Shown: positions 1 to 11,520, numbered from the stretch's first letter. The stretch: DNA of 61,761 bases from Octopus bimaculoides (GCF_001194135.2 NC_068981.1:53672929-53734689), one strand, 5' to 3'. Notes: generated by a model from the sequence alone, not told the origin. A program made the numbers and translations.

Positions 1-962
1 ATATGTATACATATACATCTCTCTCTCTTTCTCTCTCTGTGAAAGTATCTGTCACTACAGTATCGAAATGTGATTGTTTCAGTTAGTGGAATAGTTTCAT
101 TTTTAAAGTGAAAGTATTTGACATGAGTGTTTTTGTTTCACTTTTGACACGTAATACTTAAATAGTGGAGGAGATATTATGTTGCCGTGTGCTCGAACTC
201 TGCAAGAAGTTAATAATTTTTTTTGACTAAAACACAACTGGAACCCTAAGTAAGGCATGTGTAAAATTTGAATGAAATTGGTTGCGTAGTTCTCGAGTTT
301 TAGGGATTCACACAGACAGACAGACACACATTCTCATTTTTATATATATAGATGAAAGAGATAGTTGTAAATGGAAATGAGGACTTTCTTACAATATTAC
401 TTTGTATTGAATGATGGTGATGATGATGATGGATGTTTGTGTGTATGTATCTATGTATTTTACCTTGCAGCAAGTCACTGGATTTCTGACTCACAAACAA
501 AATGTAAGCTGGATCGCTGATATTGCATTGTACTTAACACAACTACCTATATTCAAAAAGATTACAGGGAAAAAAACTCATACTTAGCTTTAGATGGCTT
601 TTTTAAAACATTAAAACAATCATCTAAATCAATTTGACAGAGTACTAGACACAGCAGCTGAAAGCAAGTTACTTTGTATCCTAATACAACTACTGTGTCC
701 ATGGTGATGACACTGAGTTGTAAGTAGATTCCACAGGTAGTCATGTTAACTGTTGTAAACATTAAGTCCCATAAAATTGATGAATATTTTGTTGCCTTGC
801 AGTCGTCCTCTAAGTCAATTCCTCATTTGATTAGAGAGTTATAGCTCCTTTAACTGTAGCTAGTGGTTTAAATCTCTCGTCCTAAGTCTATAATGACAGT
901 TATCAGGAAATTTTGGGGTTGTTTTTCCTTAATTTTTTAAAAATTTGTTTATTAATTATCAG

Positions 963-1095
963 GGATGGAGATGTGAAGAGGATTTTAACCCAATTTAAGT
1001 CTGAATCAGGAGAAGTAAATGGTGCACCATTTGATCTCCCCATCAATATCACAGTTGACAAGCTTCAGTTGATTTGTAATGCTATTCTAAAACAG
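963..1095 (+). CDS. NLE1: Notchless homolog 1, first exon visible in window (NLE/ubiquitin-like domain); start codon exon is upstream
   Basis: ttatcAG acceptor at 961-962 and CAG|GTAAG donor at 1096; translates DGDVKRILTQFKSESGEVNGAPFDLPINITVDKLQLICNAILKQ, matching the NLE1 N-terminal domain. Confidence 0.93.
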
Positions 1096-1208
1096 GTAAG
1101 AAGTAGGAAACTCAAATTCCTCATTGTTATTATAAGATAAAATCCTTAATTTCTTATATTCTATTAACTATATTGTTGATTTGGACAAAGTAAAAATTTT
1201 CAAAACCA

Positions 1209-1346
1209 TCTGTCTATAATTTGCATATCATTATCTGACTATAATTTGCATATCATTATCTGACTATAATTTGCATATCATTATCTGACTATAATTTCCA
1301 TCTGACTATAATTTCTATCTGACTATAATTTGCATATCATTATCTG
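1209..1346. repeat. 25-bp minisatellite (TCTGACTATAATTTGCATATCATTA), about 5.5 copies including two truncated ones
   Basis: direct tandem copies read from the sequence; ATTTGCAT at 1219, 1244, 1269, 1328. Confidence 0.92.
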
Positions 1347-1449
1347 AAGTGTTTTTCTTGTTTGTTTTTGTTTGCTTGTTTTTTTTTTAATATTTTTCAT
1401 ATGATTCTGTTAGTTCTGTTTATATCAATATTTTATATCTCATGTTCAG

Positions 1450-1670
1450 GAGGAGCCTGTACCCTATGCCTTCTTTATCAAAGAATCTGAAATCACAGAA
1501 TCACTTGAGAACACTCTAACAAAAGATGATTTGGAAAGCAGTGAACAAGTTCTAGAAATTATTTACCAACCTCAGGCTGTGTTCCGAGTGAGGGCTGTAA
1601 CTCGTTGCACAAGTAGTCTTGTTGGACATGCAGAAGCTGTGTTGTCAGTATCCTTCAGTCCTGATGGAAG
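1450..1670 (+). CDS. NLE1: NLE1 exon (end of NLE domain, start of WD1)
   Basis: ttcAG acceptor, AG|GTCAGT donor; EEPVPYAFFIKESEITESLENTLTKDDLESSEQVLEIIYQPQAVFRVRAVTRCTSSLVGHAEAVLSVSFSPDG; includes the conserved Glu before VLEIIYQP (Rea1/MIDAS-contacting Glu in Rsa4/NLE1); phases match both neighbours. Confidence 0.96.
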
Positions 1671-1849
1671 GTCAGTGTAAAGTTATTCTTTTTCTTTGAT
1701 TTGCGAAATTTAAAATTAATTAAACTAAACTGAAAGATGAAATAAACAATATAGTATTGTAGTAAATACTACCTTGATTACTATGAGTAAATGAATGGAT
1801 GTCACTATTCATTAGTTACTAAGATATGAGGCCCATAAGACCCCTTAAT

Positions 1850-2042
1850 CTTGTTGAGATCATGTTTTATTTTCAAACTTGGCCAGAACCAGCTCCACAC
1901 ACTGAACAAACAGTGTCCTTCTGAAAATAACAGTCACATCATCGAAATTTCAAGACTACAAGATAATGCATGATTAATTTAAAACAATATAAATAAATAG
2001 GTATAACATTTGGCAGAGAATTCTGAATGTTAAAAGGTTTAA
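1850..2042 (-). mobile_element. partial copy of the piggyBac-type TTAA MITE family
   Basis: ends ...tctgaatgttaaaaggttTAA; body is the reverse complement of the copies at 35162 and 46517. Confidence 0.65.
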
Positions 2043-2209
2043 ATAAGATAAAATTTTAACTGTATATATATTTTTAGTTGAATGTTTCTGGCAATGTTTT
2101 TTAGTATAATTATGATTATCTGTTCATTATTTGCATGTGTATGTAATTTATTGAAAAAATCACATAAACTTTTAAAGATTTTGTCAGTAAAATGAATTTG
2201 GTTTTAGTT

Positions 2210-2287
2210 GGTGCAGCTTACCAGTTTTCAGTCAAACCATCCAACTCATGCCAACATGGAAAATGGATGTTAAATGATGATGATGAT
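2210..2287 (+). mobile_element. RTE LINE extreme 3' end with (GAT)n tail
   Basis: ccaactcatgccaacatggaaaatggatgttaaatgatgatgatgat matches the tail of the RT-bearing copies at 7170 and 59620. Confidence 0.8.
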
Positions 2288-2513
2288 CTTTTAACACAAT
2301 TTGTTCTTTGAAATAATTTTGCATATTTTCAGTGTTCTACTTCTTAGAATGTATCTTGAAAACACAGTTTAGAATATTCCAAATAAAATGTGCATCAAGA
2401 TAATTTGATTTCAAATCTGATAAGAAAAAAAAATAATATTATTACTTCAGTATTATTATTTTTCTTCCTTTTCATCAGAATAAGCAGCAGGTTTATTTTT
2501 ATTTATATTTCAG

Positions 2514-2593
2514 ATATTTAGCAAGTGGTTCTGGTGATACAACAGTCAGATTCTGGGATGTCAATACTGAAACACCACAGTTCGTTGGAAAAG
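2514..2593 (+). CDS. NLE1: NLE1 exon (WD1)
   Basis: tttcAG acceptor, G|GTGGGT donor; (R)YLASGSGDTTVRFWDVNTETPQFVGK; phase 2 in, phase 1 out. Confidence 0.96.
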
Positions 2594-2823
2594 GTGGGTT
2601 TTTTTTTGAAAGTTTTAAGAACACGAAGTATGAACTTAGGTTTTAGATAGAATATCTTTGGGTTTTTTTTTATTAACTTTTGATTAAAAGAAACTGTATA
2701 AAATTTGTTTCATAATTACACATTAAGCCTTGGAAAGAAAAGGAAAGGGAGAAATTGTATATGTGCATGCTCTCAATGTCAGTCATGTTCCCCAAGCTGG
2801 CTTCTATCTTTTATAAATTGCTT

Positions 2824-2859
<36 letters not shown>

Positions 2860-2954
2860 GTGCTTATTGTGAACACCAGCACTAAAGTAACTCACTTCCT
2901 TGAGGAGTTTCTGCATCTTATGTAGCAACATACAAACAAACCTCTAAATTTATC

Positions 2955-3105
2955 ATGAACATCAGCATCATCATTGCTTAATGTCTGTTTTCCATGCTGG
3001 CATGGATTGGACGATTTGACATGGAGCTGTCCAGGTTCCAATTGTCTGTTGTGGCATAGTTTCTATGGCTGGATGCCCTTCCTAATGCTTACCACTTTAC
3101 AGAGT
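2955..3105 (-). mobile_element. RTE LINE 3' end, antisense
   Basis: catcatc..ttaatgtctgttttccatgctggcatggattggacg..ggatgcccttcctaatg is the reverse complement of the family tail. Confidence 0.8.
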
Positions 3106-3363
3106 AGGTAAACAGAGAGAGAGAGAGAGGGATGTGTTAAAGGTCTCTCATCTTCAGTATAATGTAGTTTGTGCCTTGTGTAATTTGGTATTTCAGACTG
3201 CTATGTCTTATGTGTGGATTAAATCCCACAGTTTGAGATTAATAGTTCTAGAAATCATAATTATTCAGTTTATTATTTTCACCTCTTTCCTTATTGAATG
3301 AGTTTTGTTTGTAATACATTTTCAAAGTAGTTTTTATATTGTTTTCTTCTTTTGCTTTGGCAG

Positions 3364-3440
3364 TTCATAAACATTGGATATTGTGTATTGCATGGTCACC
3401 AAATGGACAGAAATTAGCTTCAGGCTGTAAAAAAAGTCAG
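3364..3440 (+). CDS. NLE1: NLE1 exon (WD2)
   Basis: pyrimidine tract plus cAG acceptor, CAG|GTATGG donor; (V)HKHWILCIAWSPNGQKLASGCKKSQ. Confidence 0.95.
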
Positions 3441-3949
3441 GTATGGTCAATTGTTCAATACTCACAGCCATTTTGTCTAACTTGTCATTATTTTACTTAA
3501 AAAATATCAATTTTATCTTGTCCTGATTTGAATTAGGAGATTATTTCAGACCATTTTCCCATGAGAGTTGTCATTCATTTCTGGTTATTTACATCTATAC
3601 CACTCCCTTGCTAGTATAGTTTTAGTTTCTTAGTTCCTAACCATTATTATTCCTTGAATTGTATAATTTGACCAAATATCTTGTCTAATATAAATCTAAA
3701 AGAAACAATTTAATTTTATGATTTTCTCTTACGGAGGAAAGGCAGCTCCCTTAGCCTTTTGTCAGGTCTCTAAGACTGTTGACTGAAAGATAAGAAGAAA
3801 CCATAATTCATTGTTTCCTACTGTAATGGTAAGGAGTTTTTCATCAGACAGAAGACCTTGTCCACGTAGCTTAGAACGGAACAGATTCCACAAAAGGCAC
3901 CCATGGGTCTGGTGGTAGTTTTAAACCACTCAGTTGATTAAGCCATAGA

Positions 3950-4430
3950 AATCATCATCATCGTCATCATCATTTGATGTTTGTTTTCCATGCTGGCATA
4001 TATTGGATGGTTTGACAGGAGCTGCCCACTTCCATTTGTCTGCTTTAGAATGGTTTCTACAGCTGGATGCTCTTCCTAATGGTAACCACTTTATAGAGTG
4101 TGCTGAATACATTTCATGTGACATCGACATGAGTGGATTTTGCATGGTGCTGGCACAAGTGCCCTTTACATGGCACCTGCATGAGTGCTTTTTATGTGGC
4201 ACCAATACAGGTGCTTTTTATGTAGCCCTAGCACAGGTTGTTAAGGACTTGCCTGTATGCATGGATGGCCACAGTTTTACTTAGCTTGATGTATCTTCTC
4301 AAGCACGGTAATTCAACATTAGTCTCAGTCCCTTGTCATCTCCTCAGTGAGGCCCAAAATCTGGAGATCCTTTCTCTCTGCCTCATCCCATGTCTTCTTG
4401 AGTTTAGCCCTTCCACAAATTGCCTCCACA
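3950..4430 (-). mobile_element. RTE LINE 3' UTR and tail, antisense
   Basis: (CAT)n then gttttccatgctggc; body is the reverse complement of 6800-7170. Confidence 0.8.
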
Positions 4431-4806
4431 ATTAGAAATAGAAATATGAACTAAAATTCCCCAAATATGTCAGTGTAAATTATGTCCCAAAATATGTCAG
4501 TTTAAAAGTATGTAAGAAATGCTAGATTTCAAATGCAATGTACCATTTCCAAGACAACATAAAGTTCACATTCCTTAATAGCCATAAGAGCCTATGACTG
4601 TGCTAATAATCCTAACCAATTTTATGTTTTTAAAACTGTGACAAAGTCTTTGACAGCTGTGATCAGTTACTGCTCTCTCTATTACCAAACAAAATAGTTT
4701 TATATATTATTTAACTCTGAATATATACAATTTGCATTTTAAAATATGGTACATATCTATTTTCTGTTTCAAGCCTGATGTAATGCTTTACATTATATTT
4801 TTGTAG

Positions 4807-4904
4807 GTTGTAATATGGGACCCTGCTACAGGCAAACAAATCGGTCGGTCACTATTAGGCCATAAGCAATGGATAACATGTTTGGCTTGGAAACCATTGC
4901 ATTT
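4807..4904 (+). CDS. NLE1: NLE1 exon (WD2/WD3)
   Basis: ttgtAG acceptor, TT|GTAAGT donor; VVIWDPATGKQIGRSLLGHKQWITCLAWKPLH. Confidence 0.96.
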
Positions 4905-4999
4905 GTAAGTTCATTCTTTTAAATTGTTCACCAGAATTATATTTTCAGAAACTAGGATTACCTCTTTCTTTACTTATAAAACAACCATAATAATATCTT

Positions 5000-5200
5000 T
5001 CTTTTATCTTTCACTTGTTTCAGTCATTAGACTACAGCCATGCTGGGGCACCACCCTGAAGGGTTTAGTCGAACAAATTGCCCCCGTACTTATTTTTAAA
5101 CCTAGTATCTATTCTATTAGTCTATTATGCCAAACCACTAAGTTATGAGGACATAAACAAACCAGCACTGATTGTTAAGTGGTGGTGGTGGGGACAAATA
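5000..5200 (-). mobile_element. 3' half of SINE family B, fused to the RTE fragment
   Basis: cttgtttcagtcattagactacagccatgctggggcacc..gggacaaa shared with 8860, 41650 and 50335. Confidence 0.75.
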
Positions 5201-5204
5201 CAAA

Positions 5205-7170
5205 AGCAGGCATTATGCTCCTCAACCGGGGCTACCTGATGGGAAGAAAGACCGATTTTATGACACCCTTTTGCAGACTACCTCGTTGACGAATGACAGG
5301 GACCTTCTCTTTGTGGCTGGTGACTTCAGTGGTCATGTTGGACAACATGCAGGGGTCTTCCATGGCGTACATGGACGCTATGGCTTTGGTTCCATCGATG
5401 AGGAACTGCTGGAGTTCTACGATGCAAATGATCTTATGGTTTGCAATACTAGCTTCAGGAAACCTGCCAGTCACCTACCATTCTGGCAGACACACTAACC
5501 AAATTGACTACATCCTCGCCAGAAAAAGGGAAAGAAGGCTGCTTATAAATGCCAAAGCATTCCTAATGCCCAGAAGGTAACCAGCATGGAGGAGAAGGGT
5601 CTGGAAGCTTAAAGATCCTGCAAATGGACAGATATTTAGAGACGTATTACTCGAAGCCTTCGACGAAATAGAAGGGGATGCATCACATGATGTGGAAGAC
5701 AACTGGAGGTTTCTACGGGACAACCTGCTGAGAGCCACTGACCAGATCTGTGGATGGTGCAGAGTCCCCTTTCAAACCAAAGTAACGTGGTGGTGGAACA
5801 ATGTGGTTGACAGGGCTATTAGACAAAAGAAACAGGCTTGGAAGAACTGGAAGAACGGAGGTAGCAGGGAATTGTATCAGACTTCCAGAAGAGAAGCTAG
5901 AAGACAGGTTTATTTAGCCAGAGAGGAATCAGATAAGAAAAAATTTGCTAATGTTCTGTGCCTAGAAGTATTTCGTGTTGCAAGACAGTGTGTGAGAGAG
6001 AATTCTGATATCGTAGGAGAGAAATGTGTCCGCATGGATGATGGTTCACTTGCAATGAGAGAGGTTTGGAGACACCACTATGAAAGGTTGCTCAATAAAG
6101 AAAATGAATGGGAGAAGAGAGTTTGTTGAATGTTGACCCAACAGAGGGACAAGCTATCTGAATTGACAGTACTTTGGTAGATAAAGCAATTAAGAGTATG
6201 AAGACAGGGAAAGCTTGTTTAGATGAGATGCAGTTTGGGTTCGTGCCAGGGAAAAGCACAACTGATGCTATATTTCTGGTAAGACAGCTGTAGGAGAAAA
6301 TTTTTTTGTATGTATTTTCTATTTTAAGCCACCAATTCGTTTTATTTTTCTGTTTTTCTTCTTTGCATTTATATTTTACTAAATGCTATATATTATATTT
6401 AAAAATTATGTAATATTTTCTCAAGGTAAAACCATTATTTTCCCTTAAGTGGGTTTATTCTATACCTATTATTGAAAATTATATGTAAATTTCAATAAAG
6501 TATTGGGTAGTGTTTGAAGCATTACAATTGAGTGTCTAACCATTTCATTGTTATATTTTTGTTAAAATACACTATATTCCACTGGATGGGTAATGTTAGT
6601 GTGCATGCACAACAGAGTGTAAATGATTTAAGAGGAAAACTGAGTCTAAGAGGCCTCAGATATCATATGCAACAGAGAAGACTACATTGGTTTGGTCATG
6701 TGATGCATATAGATGAGAACAGCTGCATAAAGAAGTGCCTAGCTCTAATTGTGGAGGGGATAGACCCAGGAAGACATGAGAAAAGATCTTCAAATGTTGG
6801 TTCTCACTGAGGAAATGACAAAGGACTGGTAGACATGGCGATTTGCTGTACTTGTTGAGACACGTCAAACTAAGTAAAATCGCTGTCTTCCACATATACA
6901 GACTTGTCCTTTCAGGTGCCAGGGTCACATAAAAAGCACCCATACCAGTGCTGCATATACACACCTGTGCCTGTGCTGCATAAATACACCTGTCCCAGTG
7001 GCATGTAAAAAGCACCCAGCTCTCTCTGTTCATTGGTTGGCATTAGGAAGGGCATCCAGCCATAGAAACAATACCACAACAGACACTGGGAGTCTGTCCA
7101 GCTCCATGTCAAACCATCCAACCCATGCCAGCACGGAAAGCAGACGTTAAATGATGATGATGATGATGAC
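5205..7170 (+). mobile_element. degenerate, internally deleted RTE-clade LINE: AP endonuclease end, RT start, AT-rich interruption about 6300-6575, RT C-terminus, 3' UTR, (GAT)n tail
   Basis: YAPQ, AGDFSGHVG, NTSFRK, QIDYIL endonuclease motifs; GFVPGKSTTDAIFLVRQL; RRLHWFGHV; frameshifts and stops. Confidence 0.92.
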
Positions 7171-7416
7171 ACTGCCTTTGTTTTAATTAATTATTAAAAT
7201 AATGATTTATTTAATAAAATAATTTTGTCATTATTAAGCTGATGCTTAGAATATAAATTTATGAAATTTTTGATGAAAAGTCCTTTAGAACAGGAAGTTT
7301 GTATCCCTAGAACTTAGAGTGTTCTCAGCTAGAGTTGTATGTTAACAATTAAAGATCAGCTTCGAGCATATACAATTGTAAGAGGGAATAAGTCATAGAT
7401 AGAGCTTGGCAAGATC

Positions 7417-7777
7417 NNNNNNNNNNNNNNNNNNNNNNNNNNNNNNNNNNNNNNNNNNNNNNNNNNNNNNNNNNNNNNNNNNNNNNNNNNNNNNNNNNNN
7501 NNNNNNNNNNNNNNNNNNNNNNNNNNNNNNNNNNNNNNNNNNNNNNNNNNNNNNNNNNNNNNNNNNNNNNNNNNNNNNNNNNNNNNNNNNNNNNNNNNNN
7601 NNNNNNNNNNNNNNNNNNNNNNNNNNNNNNNNNNNNNNNNNNNNNNNNNNNNNNNNNNNNNNNNNNNNNNNNNNNNNNNNNNNNNNNNNNNNNNNNNNNN
7701 NNNNNNNNNNNNNNNNNNNNNNNNNNNNNNNNNNNNNNNNNNNNNNNNNNNNNNNNNNNNNNNNNNNNNNNNNNNNN
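7417..7777. other. assembly gap (361 N)
   Basis: run of N. Confidence 0.99.
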
Positions 7778-8433
7778 GGGGGGGGGGAACTTCACAATGC
7801 CGATTTTTGGCAATTTTCCCGAACCTCCGTATCCGAAAACGGGGGTTTATGTCAAAAAACATTTTAAAAATAAACAAATTTGGGTGAAAATTGGGGGACG
7901 CGGAAGTCTTTCCGAGAGCTTAGGCTAGGGAAAAGTGCTTCTCAATAATTGACGGATTTAGTAGCTGTCAAATCTTTCTCAAGATAGTTTTGTTTTTTAA
8001 ATGAAAATCATGTCTTATGTTGGCACAATAAAGTAAGTCTCTATACTTAAAACACTCAGGTATTATTTGCTCTGCGAAGGGAAATAACTGGAATAAATTT
8101 ATATTACGTATTTTACTCAGTTGTGTCCCTTTTTAATAGCCTGCGAGGAATTTCTCTAAATAGTGTGCTATAAGAGATAACTGAAAGGGTCACAATCAAG
8201 AAGAGCATGCTGCTGTAAAGCACCGTCCCAGAAAATCCCGTCCCACTCATCCAAAGATAGATGTATTTTTAAAAAATCAAAAAATAACAACTAAATTATG
8301 GCTGAGAGATAACAGTTGAACTTCCACACATCCATACTTATCTTACTATTACTAATCTTCTCTCAATCTTTTCTTTTCCTGCTTCATATGACTATCTGTT
8401 ATTCTTATATAGTTGTTTTTTTAATATTTCCAG

Positions 8434-8470
8434 AGATCCAGAAAGCCTGTATTTAGCAAGTTCATCTAAG
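8434..8470 (+). CDS. NLE1: NLE1 37-nt exon (WD3)
   Basis: tttccAG acceptor, AAG|GTAATT donor; (L)DPESLYLASSSK; bridges the phase 2 and phase 0 neighbours exactly. Confidence 0.9.
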
Positions 8471-8859
8471 GTAATTCTCATCATTGATAATCTTCTATAA
8501 TTTTACTTATTATACTCTGTCACTTATATAAACAAGAGACAAAAAAGATATTTCTAACTGTTTAGGCAGCGCATATATCATATCATTACTTGCAGTATGT
8601 GTAAAGTGATTCAGTCATTGCAAAATAATGTCCAGTTGTCGACAGTGGCATGATGTTTCTTCCTTAAAATACTTATCTCATCTTTGTGTCATAAACGAAT
8701 ATGAAAAATATCTTCATATCTTTTATAGTGTTGTTAAGTAGCCCCCAGTCTTCTTTGTTTAACAATATGGGCTGCAGTGTTTAATTGTGTATAACTTCAT
8801 AATGATGTCACCTTTTAACCTGGTACTTATTCTTCCTCTTGTAATTAGGATAGATATAT

Positions 8860-9235
8860 TTTACTTGTTTATGTCATTAGACTGCAGCCATGCTGGGGCA
8901 CCGCATTGAGGAATTTTTAGTTGAATTTATCAACCTAAGTACATATGTTCTTTTTTTTTAAGTCTTTCGGTCTCTTTTACCGAACCACTAATTTATGGGG
9001 ATGTAAACACACCAACAATGGTTGTCAAGTAGTGGTTGGGGACAAACACACTTATACACACACACACACATATACATATACGACGAGTTTTTCTTTTTTC
9101 AGTTTCCGTCTACCAAATCCACTCACAAGGCTTTGGTCGGCCCGAAGCTATAGTAGAAAACATTTTCCCATGGTGCCACACAATGAGAGTTGTTGGGAAG
9201 CAAATTTCTCACCATTCGGCCACACCTGCGCCTAC
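8860..9235 (-). mobile_element. near full-length tRNA-derived SINE family B (tRNA-like head, body, (TG)n, second module, tail)
   Basis: minus strand head ggcgcaggtgtggccgaatggtgagaaatttgcttccc; homologous to 41650-42020 and 59040-59210. Confidence 0.8.
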
Positions 9236-9760
9236 ATGCCTTAAATAGCATCTAAAGGGGGAACAACTTTGAAGGGCTTACTAGAAATTCTACACCCTCT
9301 TCTCTCTGTTGTAAAATATTTTATCAATGTGAAAAGCGAATATCATTAAGTTATGATTTCTAAAATCTTGGTTTCCATAATATTTTCAGCATGTAAGTTG
9401 CTTCTAAATAACCAAGAGGTATAGTCTGGTGATTCCCACTCCATTTTGGTTTTTACCTTTTTCCATTCTGATTCTACATATTCTTTTCTTATAGCTACAG
9501 TTATTGGCTTCCCAAACTTCAGTTGATGTTTATATATGCTGTACAGTGTATATATTCCATTAGCTTTCTCATTTAACTCATGACAACGGATGAATATACT
9601 CTCTAGTTATTAGGAATAATGTGGTATTAAATCAGTTTGGAAACTCAAGTAATATGCCTCTTCGCCATTTCGTGTGTGTGTGTAGAGGTGGAATTTACTT
9701 CCTGCTCTATTTGAATTATTTTTGCGTTTCTGCAAAGGTTTTATCGATTTCAACATTTTC

Positions 9761-10019
9761 ATTCTGTTGTGTCTGGGGAGAGTCATTTTCTTATTGTGCC
9801 TTGAAATTTAACACACTCACCGTTAAAATTTCCACTTATTTCTTATTTTTATTTTCCTAAAATTTTCGTTGCGTCTTGCAACCTTATCAATAGTCTTGAC
9901 TGTCAAGACTAAACGAAAATTTTAGGAAAATAAAAATAAGAAATAAGTGGAAATTTTAACGGTGAGTGTGTTAAATTTCAAGGCACAATAAGAAAATGAC
10001 TCCCCAGAAACAACAGAAT
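9761..10019. repeat. near-perfect foldback, about 108-bp arms (9761-9870 / 9912-10019), with inner 10-bp hairpin 9891-9911
   Basis: arms are reverse complements apart from one mismatch and a 2-nt indel; TAGTCTTGAC-T-GTCAAGACTA in the loop. Confidence 0.95.
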
Positions 10020-10413
10020 ATGCTTCAACACACGAAATCACATAAAAAATCTTGCAAACCAAATACAAAAACGAAACATTTTCATTATTTACTTTAAATT
10101 ATTGTTTAAAAGATCATTAGTTAAAGAAAAGTTGTTTCCCTTAGATATAAAGGCACGGTATTATTGTTTTAAAGCAAAATTAGCCCATTCTCTGCTGAAA
10201 ATAGTTCCCGCCGTGGGCATCGCGTTCTTCTTGGAACGATAGATGTAATTCAAAGAAGATCTCACGATCTCTCGCTGAGAGAATAATAACGTAAATGCTT
10301 TTCTATCATTGGCGGACGTTAAACGACGGTGATGATGATGATGTGAATTAAATATGTAAATATAAGCAAGAGTTACCTCCCTTATTTATTATTTATATTT
10401 TTCTGAACAAATT

Positions 10414-11232
10414 ATACAGGGTGTCCCAAAAGTCATTGATGAGTTTGAATTCTTAATAACTTCGTTACCTTTACATATAAATGCATGAAATTTTGTTAAA
10501 ATATAAAGGGCAAAATGGAAATTAATATGCATGAGTCAAATTTTGCAACACCACAATATCACATAAGAAAAATGGCATCGCTTAAAAGGCAGCCATTTTC
10601 AGCTTCGCATGCCGTGCTGTTTCAAAAACTTGCACCATAACACTCTCGAGAGTCTCAGACCCCACTTCTCTGCTCTCTCTATTGATGTTCTTCAGTTGCA
10701 CCAGGGTCTCCGGTTTGTGAACATAAATCCTCTCTTTCAGGTATCCCCACAAGAAAAAATCTGGGCTAGTCAAGTCTGGGGAACATGAAGGCCATCCAAA
10801 GTAGACTTCACACATGGTTCCAGCAAGGTAGGGCAACTGCTCATACCGCAAGAGTAACAATGCAGTTGCTACGGCAGTGCTTTGGAGAGAGAATAATCTC
10901 CCGCTCCGGCAATGTTAACTGGACTTCACATTCCCCAGACTTGACTAGCCTGGATTTTTTCTTGTGGATATACCTCAAAGAGAGGGTTTATGTCAACAAA
11001 CCAGAAACCCTGGTGCAACTGAAGGAGAACATCAATAGGTAAATCAGAGAAGAGGGGTTCTGAAACTCTTGAGGGTTTTATGGTGCAAATTTTGGAAAGA
11101 GCATGGGCATGTGAAGCCGAAAATGGCTGCCACTTAAACAATGTCATTTTTCATATGTGTTGTAGTGGTGTTGCAAAATTTGACTTGTGCAGATTAATTT
11201 CCATTATGTCCTTTATATTGTATCAAAATTTC
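10414..11232. mobile_element. rearranged rosa-type (DD41D) Tc1/mariner relic: two transposase 3' ends in inverted orientation
   Basis: TA-CAGGGTGTCCCAAAAG terminus at about 10414; SPDLTSxDFFLWxYLKERxY read on both strands; 41 residues between the mutated QQD position and the last D. Confidence 0.85.
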
Positions 11233-11424
11233 CTAGCACTAACTTTAAATGATGTATACCACCTGCATTTGTGTAACACAATACTTAAATATGTGTTTTA
11301 CTCAATTTATGATCTAGTGTAGAGGCTTCATTCTTCAAAGCTTGAGTATTGCAAATTAGTAACTACCACTACAAACCATTTGGGGCTACATGGTCACCCA
11401 GTACCAATATTACTTTTATGATGA

Positions 11425-11520
11425 AGGCAACAAGCTGGCAGAATCGTTAGCACGCTGGGCAAAATGCATAGTGGCATTTCATCCATCTTTACATTCTGAA
11501 TCCAAATTCCACCGAAGCTC
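11425..11520 (+). mobile_element. 5' part of tRNA-derived SINE family A
   Basis: aaggcaacaagctggcagaatcgttagcacgctgggc (A box), ctgaatccaaattcc (B box). Confidence 0.75.

Noticed and set aside
300-960. NLE1 start-codon exon or promoter
   Set aside because: No ATG with a phase-2 GT donor or promoter-like CpG-rich region found; presumed upstream of the window
7349-7877. Long ORFs in the track
   Set aside because: Artefacts of translating the N gap
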